From the NCBI GenBank assembly GCA_028707125.1, contig JAQTUX010000002.1, positions 272,355-336,354 of the forward strand: DNA of 64,000 nucleotides. The letters run 5' to 3'. The number at the start of each line of letters is the position of its first letter. The first letter of the stretch is position 1. The notes under the pieces were generated by a model. That model saw nothing but the letters and a program-made list of their open reading frames with translations, ran no database searches and had not been told where the DNA came from. Below are positions 7,549 to 16,005 of this stretch, piece after piece. The position numbers and the translations under genes were made by a program. This DNA is from Candidatus Omnitrophota bacterium. GTDB taxonomy: Bacteria > Omnitrophota > Gorgyraeia > Gygaellales > JAQTUX01.

Positions 7549-9219
7549 TTATTTTCCCTGCAGCGCCGCATCCAGGTCCTGCTCCGCGGTTGAGATCGGC
7601 TTGATACCAAACTTTTCTACCAGTACCTTAAGCACATTCGGCGAAACAAACGCCGGCAGCGAAGGGCCTAATCGTATGTTCTTGATGCCCAGGGCAAGAA
7701 GCGTGAGAAGAATGCACACCGCCTTCTGCTCATACCAAGATAAGACCAGCGACAAGGGAAGCTCGTTAACTCCGCATTTGAACGCCCCTGCCAGGGCAAG
7801 CGCTATCTGGATGGCGGAATACGAATCATTGCACTGGCCGCAGTCAAGAAGCCGCGGTATGCCGCCGATGTCCCCGAACTCCAGCTTGTTAAACCTGTAT
7901 TTACCGCAGGCAAGCGTAAGTATTACCGTGTCCCCGGGCGCCTTCTCGGCAAATTCAGTATAATAGTTCCTGCCTGACTTTGCCCCGTCGCAGCCGCCGA
8001 TAAGGAAGAAACGCCTTATCTTGCCTGCCTTGACCGCATCTATCACTTTATCGGCAACGCTAAGAACTGCGTTACGGGCAAATCCCACCAGTATCTCCTT
8101 ATCTTCCCTGTCATCCTTAAAGCCGCCGGCCTCAAGCGCCTTGTCAATGACCGCGCCGAAATCCTTTTTTCCGCCTTTGCCTTCTATATGCTTGACACCC
8201 GGCCAGGCAACCAGGCCCGTGGTAAATATCCTGTCCCTATAAGAATCCCCGGGCCTCTGGATACAGTTGGTGGTCATAAGGATACTGCCGGGGAAATCAT
8301 TAAACTCCCTTATCTGGTCCTGCCAGGCGCCTCCGTAGTTGCCCGCCAGATGCTTATATTTCTTCAATCCGGGATAGCCGTGCGCGGGCAGCATCTCTCC
8401 GTGGGTATATATGTTTATGCCTTTGCCCTCTGTTTGCTTCAACAACTCCTCCAGATCAAGCAGGTCATGTCCTGAAACCAGGATCGCCGGCCCCTTCCTC
8501 ACGCCCAGTGAGACCTTGGTGGGTTCGGGATGGCCGAAACGTTCAACGTGCGCGCCGTCAAGCAACTCCAGGCACTTCAGGTTCACCCTGCCGAAATCCA
8601 TGATCATGCCCAGTAGATCATCCGCTTTCAGGCCATCCCTCGTAATAAAGGACAGCGCCTTATAGAAGAAAGAGATTATTTCCTCATCCTTCTTACCTAA
8701 TATATAGACGTGGTCCGCGTAAGCAGCCATGCCTTTGAGGCCGTAAACAAGGATCTCTTTTAAGCTTCTTATGTCTTCATCAAGCGAGGGGTCGGACATT
8801 ATGCCTACTTCCTTACCCTGATCTATGAGCCCTTCCAGCGTATCAGCCGGCTCCCAATCGGTCTCCGCGGCAAGCTTACCCCTGAATTCCGCGCCGTGCT
8901 TATCTTTATAGGCCTTAAGAAACAGGCGCCTATTCTTCTCCTTCAGCTCGTACGCGCTCAATAAAAGCCCGCGTAATCTTTCCGGGTCAAAATCCACGTT
9001 GGTAACCGTGCTGAACAGGCCTTCAATTATAAAAATGTCGGTAGCCTCATCTCTTACGCCCAGCTCTCTGGCGGCATTCCCATAGACCGATATGCCTTTT
9101 AAAGCGTATATAAGCAGGTCCTGGAGCGCTGCCGTCTCCGGTTTCTTCCCGCATACGCCCGATACCGTACAACCCTTGCCGCCTGCCGCCTGTTCACACT
9201 GATAGCAGAACATACTCAT
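7549..9219 (-). CDS. hcp: hybrid cluster protein / hydroxylamine reductase
   Basis: 556 aa with N-terminal MSMFCYQCEQAAGGKGCT, the hallmark Cys motif of Hcp (prismane protein). Confidence 0.9.
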   Translation of the reverse strand: MSMFCYQCEQAAGGKGCTVSGVCGKKPETAALQDLLIYALKGISVYGNAARELGVRDEATDIFIIEGLFSTVTNVDFDPERLRGLLLSAYELKEKNRRLFLKAYKDKHGAEFRGKLAAETDWEPADTLEGLIDQGKEVGIMSDPSLDEDIRSLKEILVYGLKGMAAYADHVYILGKKDEEIISFFYKALSFITRDGLKADDLLGMIMDFGRVNLKCLELLDGAHVERFGHPEPTKVSLGVRKGPAILVSGHDLLDLEELLKQTEGKGINIYTHGEMLPAHGYPGLKKYKHLAGNYGGAWQDQIREFNDFPGSILMTTNCIQRPGDSYRDRIFTTGLVAWPGVKHIEGKGGKKDFGAVIDKALEAGGFKDDREDKEILVGFARNAVLSVADKVIDAVKAGKIRRFFLIGGCDGAKSGRNYYTEFAEKAPGDTVILTLACGKYRFNKLEFGDIGGIPRLLDCGQCNDSYSAIQIALALAGAFKCGVNELPLSLVLSWYEQKAVCILLTLLALGIKNIRLGPSLPAFVSPNVLKVLVEKFGIKPISTAEQDLDAALQGK

Positions 9220-9953
9220 CGCCTTCCTCCTTGTAGATATATTTCCTCAGCTAATTTTTTGCCTGTGGCCGTAAGAAATATCTTGTTGATCATCTCTCTC
9301 AGTTTATCACTATCCCCTGTCTTGACCTCATCCTTAAGGTTGACCAGCCAGTCGGCATCGTACAATACCCTGAAATTATCCGTGTTAACCTTTCCGGGTG
9401 AATGATGATTGGCTATTATGAGGCATATTTCATCTATGTCCTTTTTCTCCAGCCCCATACGCCTTAAGGTCTCCTTCGCGATCGCTGGGCCCTCCCTTTC
9501 CTGATAATGGCCTGCCGATGAGCCGTATTTTTGCTCTGCCGCCTCTATCCCCACATCATGCAGCAACGCGGCAGGTATCACTATATGCCAGTCCGCCTGC
9601 TCCTTCCTTAGTATCTCCTCGGCATAGTCCATAACCTTGCGCGCGTGCCTTATCCTCTTCTTATCCTGCCCAAAATAATTCTCTAAGGCCTTTATTATTT
9701 TATCTTTAAGCATTATGGATTTGTTTTCCAGATACCTGGCATAAAGCTTATCCCCAACGCATTCCCTGGCATACTTGCACCAGTCAAGGCAGCCGGCTGT
9801 ATCCCCCTGACGCATAACCTCCTTCTTGCAGGACGGGCAGATCGCCCTGGCCTCATCGCTCCATATCTCCATCTCCTGTTTGCAATAAGGGCAGTTTATA
9901 ATTTCCGGCACCGGCTGTTTGAACCTGCCCGCGCCCGGGCATTCCAGCATCAT
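9216..9953 (-). CDS. HD-domain phosphohydrolase with N-terminal zinc-ribbon (4 Cys)
   Basis: Two CxxC pairs at the N-terminus (CPYCK…CPSCK), then an …AALLHDVG… HD motif and a downstream His/Asp. Overlaps hcp by 4 nt. Confidence 0.6.
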   Translation of the reverse strand: MMLECPGAGRFKQPVPEIINCPYCKQEMEIWSDEARAICPSCKKEVMRQGDTAGCLDWCKYARECVGDKLYARYLENKSIMLKDKIIKALENYFGQDKKRIRHARKVMDYAEEILRKEQADWHIVIPAALLHDVGIEAAEQKYGSSAGHYQEREGPAIAKETLRRMGLEKKDIDEICLIIANHHSPGKVNTDNFRVLYDADWLVNLKDEVKTGDSDKLREMINKIFLTATGKKLAEEIYLQGGRR

Positions 9954-10780
9954 TTTAATCTCTCTCCCTGAATGCTTATAATCGCTTCCTTAAAAGGCAC
10001 CTTCTTCCCGGAATCGGAAATCACCGATTGGATAACGCTTACCAGCCCGAAACAACAGGGCACCTCCATATGGGCGTATGTTATGGATTTTATCTCGTTG
10101 TTTTGCAGGATCTGGGCAAATTTTTCCTTGTAGGACTCTACATCGTCTAATTTAGGGCAGCCCACCAGCACAACTTTGCCCTTCAACAATTCGTTATGAA
10201 AATCGGCGTAGGCAAACGGCACGCAATCCGCCGCTATCAGCAAGTCCGCTCCCCGCAGATACGGCGCGAAGGGAGGGACCAGGGTGATCTGTATCGGCCA
10301 CTGCCTGAGCTGCGGCTCCATATGCCCGGCCGTGGCTGGCGAGGCGGTTTCATTCCGCTCTTTCCTGAAATCCATTAGTTTTGAGCCGGGGCAGCCGGAA
10401 CGCGCGGCATGCGAGGGCTTACTTAAATCAGGCACCTTTATATTATTCTTCTTAAGATAATCCACTGCCTGGTTAAAATATACCGTCTGATCATGCTCCT
10501 TAAGATGTAAAAGGTGCGCATTGATAACATTCCCGCCCTGTTTTGCCACATTTGCCATAACCTTGTATTCATCATATTCCTCTGCCTCCCTTTCCTCTAT
10601 TGTTATCGCCCCTTGAGGGCAGTGGCCGATACAGGCACCCAGCCCATCGCAGAACAGGTCGCTTATGAGGCGCGCCTTTCCGTCTATGATCTGCATCGCC
10701 CCCTCCGGGCAGTTGGGGACACACAGGCCGCAGCCGTTACATTTTCCTTCATCGATCTTTATGATCTTTCTCCTGGGCAT
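9950..10780 (-). CDS. 4Fe-4S dicluster ferredoxin-domain protein (Hcp-associated)
   Basis: The N-terminus carries two CxxCxxCxxxCP motifs (CNGCGLCVPNCP, CDGLGACIGHCP); a Cys-rich C-terminal domain (VGCPKLDD…PCCFG) follows. Overlaps the HD gene by 4 nt. Confidence 0.65.
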   Translation of the reverse strand: MPRRKIIKIDEGKCNGCGLCVPNCPEGAMQIIDGKARLISDLFCDGLGACIGHCPQGAITIEEREAEEYDEYKVMANVAKQGGNVINAHLLHLKEHDQTVYFNQAVDYLKKNNIKVPDLSKPSHAARSGCPGSKLMDFRKERNETASPATAGHMEPQLRQWPIQITLVPPFAPYLRGADLLIAADCVPFAYADFHNELLKGKVVLVGCPKLDDVESYKEKFAQILQNNEIKSITYAHMEVPCCFGLVSVIQSVISDSGKKVPFKEAIISIQGERLK

Positions 10781-11192
10781 CTCTACGCCCTCCTTCTTTT
10801 ACCAAAGAAGCTATGGTTATGGATCTTAATTCAGATGCCACATACCTGCCGATAGCGTCGATTTTCTTTTTTAAAACACATTCTTTGGTATTAGGACAAA
10901 TGTGCTTTTTCAGGGTGCATTCGTTTAACTTGAACGGGCCCTGGAATATATTTATCAGGTCGGTAATAAATATCCTCTGAGGCCTGACCGCGAGCCTGAA
11001 TCCGCCTGCCTGCCCCCTGATAGATATAAGCAGTCCCTCCCTATTCAGTATCTGAAGTATCTTCCTTAAAAAAGGCCGCGGTATCTTAAGGCGGCTGACA
11101 AGGTCGCTTGCAGGGATTAATGCCCCTTTCCTGCCCGCTATGAACACAAGCGCCCTGACCGCGTAATCCGTATTCCTGGTGATCAGCTTCAC
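10749..11192 (-). CDS. Rrf2-family transcriptional regulator with three-Cys cluster motif (NsrR/IscR-like)
   Basis: 147 aa. N-terminal wHTH (…TDYAVRALVFIA…) and C…C….C spacing (NECTLKKHICPNTKEC) as in Fe-S-containing Rrf2 regulators. It is the first gene of the co-directional array. Confidence 0.8.
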   Translation of the reverse strand: MKLITRNTDYAVRALVFIAGRKGALIPASDLVSRLKIPRPFLRKILQILNREGLLISIRGQAGGFRLAVRPQRIFITDLINIFQGPFKLNECTLKKHICPNTKECVLKKKIDAIGRYVASELRSITIASLVKEGGRRDAQEKDHKDR

Positions 11193-11216
11193 TCCCTTCT
11201 CCTTTCAGTTCTTGAT

Positions 11217-11241
11217 AAATGATACCATAATAGTATCATTT
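11217..11241. promoter_or_regulatory. perfect inverted repeat AAATGATAC-N7-GTATCATTT, candidate Rrf2 operator
   Basis: Seen directly: 9-bp arms around a 7-bp spacer, about 25 bp upstream of the Rrf2 start codon. An AT-rich dyad of this geometry is what Rrf2 regulators typically bind. Confidence 0.5.
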
Positions 11242-11294
11242 GTCAAGAAAAAAATAATTTTATTTAACCGGCAACGCCTGTCTGGGATCACGCG

Positions 11295-12338
11295 TCAACT
11301 ATGTTTCTTCAAACGAATGCTGTTAAGCATCAACATGATCAGAAGCCAGGAAGCGCATACCTTGATATAGCGCGGCATAACCTCTCCCGCCCCACCCAGC
11401 GCGCTCTTCACATCAATCCCCGAGGCCAGATAGATCTGATTAAGCAATAACCCCAATACTATTGAACAAACCGCGATAGACGCCAGATATATCGCTACGG
11501 ACCTCATTCCCAGGAACCTGCCGGTGGTAATTATGCCGGCGATATTGGTTGCCGGTCCGGCTAAAAGGAATACCAGCGCCGCTCCCGGGCTCATGCCTTT
11601 TGCGATCAAGGCGGCGGCTATAGGGGTTGAGGCTGAAGCGCAGATATAGAGAGGGATGCCTATTATCAACATTATGAACATCGCCTGCCAGTTATAACCG
11701 AGATACCCCTCAATTAATCTCTGCGGGACAAAATACGCTATGATGCCGGCCATTATTATGCCGAAGGCAAGCCATACCGCGATATCCGCCAGCAGGTCTA
11801 CAAACGCGTAACGCATACCGTATTTAAATTTCTCGATTAAATTGTGGGTATGCGCCTCTTCCTCTTCGCAGAAAACGCAGGAACCCGGCCTGATTGATGA
11901 ATGCGCCCCGTCTTTTCTGCCGAAGATATTCTCCGTGATGCCGGCGATAATAGCCGTGATAAAGGCGGCCGCCGGCCGGAACACGGTCATTATGGGGTCC
12001 AGTAACGCGTAAGACAGGGCGATCGAGTCCACGCTTGATTCAGGCGTTGAGATCAAGAAAGAAAGCACCGCGCCTCTGGACGCGCCGTTCTTTCGTAAAG
12101 ATACGGCTGTGGGGATCACGCCGCAAGAACATAAAGGCAGGGGAATGCCGCAGACAGCCGAAAGCAGGACTGATTTTATCCCCCGGCCGCCCAGATGCCT
12201 GGCGATCTTGTCTTTATTTATGAACATCTGGATCACGCCGGAAATAAAAATACCGAAAAGAAGGTAGGGGGCGGCCTCTTCCATAGTATGCCAGATCTCC
12301 CCAATCAAGCTTTCTATAACGTAACCGATATCCGCCAT
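11295..12338 (-). CDS. permease, COG0701/DUF318 family (two-repeat membrane permease with Cys-rich loop)
   Basis: 347 aa, polytopic, with the …CGIPLPLCSCGVIP… motif characteristic of the YraQ/ArsP-like permease family. Confidence 0.6.
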   Translation of the reverse strand: MADIGYVIESLIGEIWHTMEEAAPYLLFGIFISGVIQMFINKDKIARHLGGRGIKSVLLSAVCGIPLPLCSCGVIPTAVSLRKNGASRGAVLSFLISTPESSVDSIALSYALLDPIMTVFRPAAAFITAIIAGITENIFGRKDGAHSSIRPGSCVFCEEEEAHTHNLIEKFKYGMRYAFVDLLADIAVWLAFGIIMAGIIAYFVPQRLIEGYLGYNWQAMFIMLIIGIPLYICASASTPIAAALIAKGMSPGAALVFLLAGPATNIAGIITTGRFLGMRSVAIYLASIAVCSIVLGLLLNQIYLASGIDVKSALGGAGEVMPRYIKVCASWLLIMLMLNSIRLKKHS

Positions 12339-12348
12339 TCTTAATGTA

Positions 12349-13092
12349 TTAATGATTATGGAAAAAGAATTTCATTACCCACATAATAAGCAGCCCGAAG
12401 AGAAAAAACGCCACGGAAAGGTTCGCCCGCTTGAAAGGGCCGTGCTTACGCAGCTCGGGTATGAGGTCGCAGGTGGAGATATACAAAAATCCTCCGGCCG
12501 CGAACGGCAGTATGAATAGAGAGAACTGCCCTGCCTGACGGGAGAAATAATAGCCGATCAACGCCCCAAGCACAGCCCCCAGGGCGCAGATAAAATTAAA
12601 AGCAAGCGCCTTGAAACGATGGAATCCGCCGTAAACCAGGACTCCGAAGTCGCCTATCTCCTGCGGTATCTCGTGAAAGATGACCGCGACCGTGGTAACG
12701 ATGCCGAAATGGATCCCCGCGTTAAAGCTGGCGCCGATCATTATCCCGTCTATAAGATTGTGTATGCCGTCGCCGATGAGGTTAAGATAAGTAAAGATAT
12801 GCACATCACATACGCCGTTGTGGCAATGGTGCCAGTAAAGGTATTTCTCCAGGACAAAAAACGCGGAAAACCCCAGAATACAGGAGCCAAAAACTAAAGG
12901 AACGCTGAGATGCTCAAATGCCTCCGGCAATAAATGAAACAACGCTCCCCCGATAAGCGCCCCTGCCGACAGGGCGATCAATAGGATGAGGGCCCTGTTC
13001 AGGATCTTCTCATTAAGCATCAGGCTGAATACGCCTACCAGAGAAACCAGGCTTACCACTAAAGTAGCGCCTATCGCCCAAACCAGATTCAT
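12349..13092 (-). CDS. ZIP-family divalent metal transporter (ZupT-like)
   Basis: 247 aa with the …HEIPQEIGDFGVL… and …HNLIDG… motifs of the ZIP family. Confidence 0.8.
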   Translation of the reverse strand: MNLVWAIGATLVVSLVSLVGVFSLMLNEKILNRALILLIALSAGALIGGALFHLLPEAFEHLSVPLVFGSCILGFSAFFVLEKYLYWHHCHNGVCDVHIFTYLNLIGDGIHNLIDGIMIGASFNAGIHFGIVTTVAVIFHEIPQEIGDFGVLVYGGFHRFKALAFNFICALGAVLGALIGYYFSRQAGQFSLFILPFAAGGFLYISTCDLIPELRKHGPFKRANLSVAFFLFGLLIMWVMKFFFHNH

Positions 13093-13179
13093 TATACCGC
13101 CTTATTATAAATCCCAGCCTCAACTGCCTTCTGAAGCTGGGATCTATACATCTTGCTTAAAATCGGGACTACAACCTTC

Positions 13180-13350
13180 TTATTTCTTAAGGTCCTTTAC
13201 CTTGTCTTTGCTGACCACCCTCCAACATTCATGGGGGCCGTTGGGTGATTTGGCAACGGCGAAACACCTGCCGCCCTTCTCTCTGATCTGATATTCGGTG
13301 GTCTTGAATTTATTTTTCGTCTTTACATCAAAGAATTCAATTTCCTGCAT
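13180..13350 (-). CDS. hypothetical small protein (56 aa)
   Basis: Hand translation gives MQEIEFFDVKTKNKFKTTEYQIREKGGRCFAVAKSPNGPHECWRVVSKDKVKDLKK. A hairpin followed by a U-rich run lies at 13110-13145. Under 60 aa, so not in the ORF track. No family recognised. Confidence 0.35.
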   Translation of the reverse strand: MQEIEFFDVKTKNKFKTTEYQIREKGGRCFAVAKSPNGPHECWRVVSKDKVKDLKK

Positions 13351-13375
13351 CTCTTCCTCCTTTAAGTTGCCGGCG

Positions 13376-13810
13376 CTATTTGTAATAGTCCAATCCCCTC
13401 TTTATAAAACGTTCGTCCATCCGCCTGGGTTCAAAAAACCTTCTGACGAACTGCCTTGCCTTTTGGATATCAAATTCCTTGCAGCAATAGATATCTATAC
13501 TGATGAAGTTTTTGGGGCTCAGGGTATGAATTACTATTGAGCTTTCAATAAGCGGGACCCAGCCCGAAAGGCCGGCCTTATCGGGGAACCTTACCCCGTC
13601 GCTCCTGAATATGTCCGGCGGGGCCTGCTTTTCCATTCCTAAATAACCTACGATCTCATCAAGGAACTGATAGCAGGTATGCAGGTCATCGCATACGCCG
13701 GGCTTGCAGTCATAAAGGTCAAGCAGCAGTTGATACCCGAAAACAGCCTTGATCTTTGGCTTCAGGTTTATCGCTGCTTCCTGCAGAGCTGCTGCGCTTT
13801 CTCTTGCCAT
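13376..13810 (-). CDS. speH: S-adenosylmethionine decarboxylase proenzyme (pyruvoyl-dependent, SpeH/class 1b)
   Basis: 144 aa. Contains the …LLLDLYDC… motif and the ESS self-cleavage site (…LIESSIVIHT…). Confidence 0.75.
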   Translation of the reverse strand: MARESAAALQEAAINLKPKIKAVFGYQLLLDLYDCKPGVCDDLHTCYQFLDEIVGYLGMEKQAPPDIFRSDGVRFPDKAGLSGWVPLIESSIVIHTLSPKNFISIDIYCCKEFDIQKARQFVRRFFEPRRMDERFIKRGLDYYK

Positions 13811-13882
13811 GTTTTTTATAATAAGTCCCTTCCTCTATCTGTGGTATATAATAAAACTAAGAAATAAAATAGTCAAGAAAAA

Positions 13883-14254
13883 TTATTGGGGCGAACCCGC
13901 CGCCCCGGCTTCCTTACGCGACCAATCCGACAGGAGGCCGTCTTTGTCAAAATAAACATAGATCTTCCCGGTATTGAAAAACTCCAGCGGATACCTGTAA
14001 AGCAGCCTCAGGCCGCCTTCATGCCGGCCCTCCAGGACCGGCTCGCCGTAAATATTTATGAACCTCTCCCGCGGCATGCCTCTTGCGATCTTTCCGTTTT
14101 TGATGTCGGAGGCAAGCAGATCAAACTTGGCTTCCTGCCTGCCGACCTGCCGTTGCATACTGCCCTGGCTTTCTCCCAGCGCCTTAAGCGTCATCAGCGG
14201 CCGGCCGCAGCCTGAGAGCATAATACAGAAACCAACATATAGAACTCTAATCAT
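13883..14254 (-). CDS. hypothetical lipoprotein
   Basis: Signal peptide with lipobox (…MLSGCGR…); no recognisable domain. Confidence 0.4.
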   Translation of the reverse strand: MIRVLYVGFCIMLSGCGRPLMTLKALGESQGSMQRQVGRQEAKFDLLASDIKNGKIARGMPRERFINIYGEPVLEGRHEGGLRLLYRYPLEFFNTGKIYVYFDKDGLLSDWSRKEAGAAGSPQ

Positions 14255-14397
14255 ATTGAATCTTAAACCCTAAACTCTAAATCCTAAACCCTAAATAAAC
14301 CCAAAACCCAAAATTCCAAACCCAAAACGCTATTGCTTTGTAATTGCGTGTTTTGAGTTTTGTGTTTTGACATTTGAGTTTGTTTAGAGTTTAGTGT
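14255..14397. repeat. long imperfect palindrome of 7-bp units: (AAAYCCT/CCCAAAA)n arm facing a (TTTRGGG-like)n arm
   Basis: The left arm (aaaccctaaactctaaatcctaaaccctaaataaacccaaaacccaaaattccaaacccaaaacgc) reads as CCCTAAA-type heptads. The right arm (gcgtgttttgagttttgtgttttgacatttgagtttgtttagagtttagtgtttagggtttagtgtttt) is its imperfect complement with TTTAGGG-type heptads. It lies between the pgi stop and the lipoprotein start. Confidence 0.8.
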
Positions 14398-15690
14398 TTA
14401 GGGTTTAGTGTTTTCCCTACCCAGCAACTCAAACATATTCTTTTTATATGCCTCAACACCCGGCTGATTAAACGGGTTGACACCCTGTATATACGCCGAT
14501 ATCGCTACCGCCTTTTCAAAAAAGAAAAACAGCGAGCCCAAAGAATACGCGCTTCTGTCGGCAATCTTGATTGACATATTAGGCACGCCGCCGTCCATAT
14601 GGGCCTTCCTGGTGCCCACGCGCGCCTGGTTATTGATAAAACTGAAGCCCTTGCCTTTTATATAGTCCAACCCGTCGATGTTTTTGTCCATGGCGGGGAC
14701 TTTAATTTCCCTCTTGGGCTTTTCTACGGCCATAAAGGTCTCAAACAGGTTCCTCGCGCCCTCCTGTATCATCTGGCCTATAGAATGCAGGTCCGTGGTC
14801 AAAACACACGACGCCGGGAATATGCCTTTGCCCTGTTTGCCTTCGCTCTCGGCGAAAAGCTGCCTCCACCACTCCGCGAGATAATACAGGCAGGGATTGA
14901 AACCGGAAAGTATCTCTATATTTTTTCCCTTACGATAAAGCAGCTGCCTTGCCGCGGCGTACCTGTAGGAAATGTTTTTCTCAAGGTCAAGCGCGGAACA
15001 AAGATCTTTCATATCAGAGCCGCCCCTAAGCAGTTCCCTTATGTCTATCCCCGAGGCGGCCTGCGGCAATAAACCTACGGGGGTGAGCACGGAAAACCTG
15101 CCTTCAACGTCCTGGGGTATGAAAAATTTCCGAAAGCCCTCTGAATCGGCTATCTTCTTCAGCGTCCCCTTTTGCCTGTCCGTTGTGCAGATGATCCTTT
15201 TCTTGAGCTGCCGGCTGGAATACCTCTTCTTCATATAGTTATATATCACCCTGAACGCGGCTGCCGGCTCAAGCGTCGCGCCTGATTTGGAGATCACATT
15301 TACGCAAACATCCCTGCCCTTTAGCCCGTCCAACACATCCTGAAGGTAATCAGCGTCAAGGTTAATGCCGGCAAACACGACCTTAAGCCCCTCAGGGCGG
15401 CAAAATTCCAAAGCAGCCCGCGAACCTAAGTAAGACCCGCCGATCCCTATGACTACCAATACCTCGCTTGTCTCCCGAATCTCTCCGGCGCAATTCTCAA
15501 TATCTCTGATCAGCTCATCAGGCGTATCATCCGGCAGATCAAGCCAGCCCAGGGAAGCCCCGCCTTCCCCGGTTCTGTCGATAAGAAGCTCATGCGCCCG
15601 TTTTACTTCACTGAAAATAGAAGCAAAATCTCTGCCGGATATAAAAGGCGATAAATTACCACAATCTAGCTCTATCCTGGTCTTCGGCAT
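14398..15690 (-). CDS. pgi: glucose-6-phosphate isomerase (short bacterial form)
   Basis: 430 aa with conserved PGI motifs (…GIGGSYLG…, …VISKSGATLE…). Confidence 0.85.
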   Translation of the reverse strand: MPKTRIELDCGNLSPFISGRDFASIFSEVKRAHELLIDRTGEGGASLGWLDLPDDTPDELIRDIENCAGEIRETSEVLVVIGIGGSYLGSRAALEFCRPEGLKVVFAGINLDADYLQDVLDGLKGRDVCVNVISKSGATLEPAAAFRVIYNYMKKRYSSRQLKKRIICTTDRQKGTLKKIADSEGFRKFFIPQDVEGRFSVLTPVGLLPQAASGIDIRELLRGGSDMKDLCSALDLEKNISYRYAAARQLLYRKGKNIEILSGFNPCLYYLAEWWRQLFAESEGKQGKGIFPASCVLTTDLHSIGQMIQEGARNLFETFMAVEKPKREIKVPAMDKNIDGLDYIKGKGFSFINNQARVGTRKAHMDGGVPNMSIKIADRSAYSLGSLFFFFEKAVAISAYIQGVNPFNQPGVEAYKKNMFELLGRENTKP

Positions 15691-15691
15691 T

Positions 15692-15988
15692 CTACTTTTG
15701 GATCGGTTTTAATTCCGCGCCGTCAACAGGGCAGTATTTAACGCCCTCTTTATACCTTTTGCCGCATACCGGGCAAAACTTGGCATCCATCTGTTCTCCG
15801 ATAAGCGCCCCTGCCGCGGCGCCGCCCAAGCCTCCGATCACAGCCCCCTCCATCGTATTCCCCGATTGGTGCCCTATGATCGCGCCTAACCCCGCGCCGG
15901 CCGCGGCGCCCACGCCCGCGCCCTTCTGAGTAGTGGTGCATCCGGCCATAACTACCGCCAGAACAATAATAAATATTATTCTTTTCAT
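15692..15988 (-). CDS. glycine-zipper lipoprotein with C-terminal Cys4 zinc-ribbon
   Basis: Start MKRIIFII with lipobox VMAGC, preceded by GGGAGG. Gly-zipper segment GAGVGAAAGAGLGAIIGH…GGLGGAAAGALIG; C-terminal CPVCG-x11-CPVDG. Confidence 0.6.
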   Translation of the reverse strand: MKRIIFIIVLAVVMAGCTTTQKGAGVGAAAGAGLGAIIGHQSGNTMEGAVIGGLGGAAAGALIGEQMDAKFCPVCGKRYKEGVKYCPVDGAELKPIQK

Positions 15989-16005
15989 ATCAACCTCCCT
16001 TTCTT

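Noticed and set aside
14255-14397. Possibility that the heptamer repeats are a CRISPR array, an eukaryotic telomere or contamination
   Set aside because: The units are 7 bp with no unique spacers and there are no cas genes, so this is not CRISPR. The element is a palindrome flanked on both sides by ordinary bacterial operon genes with SD sequences, so eukaryotic telomeric DNA or contamination is unlikely. Mis-assembly at a palindrome cannot be excluded without reads.
15750-15941. 63-aa Arg-rich minus-strand ORF (second frame) inside the Gly-zipper lipoprotein gene
   Set aside because: It is an alternative frame of the GGN-rich Gly-zipper codons, has an RRGRRG low-complexity composition and no independent RBS.
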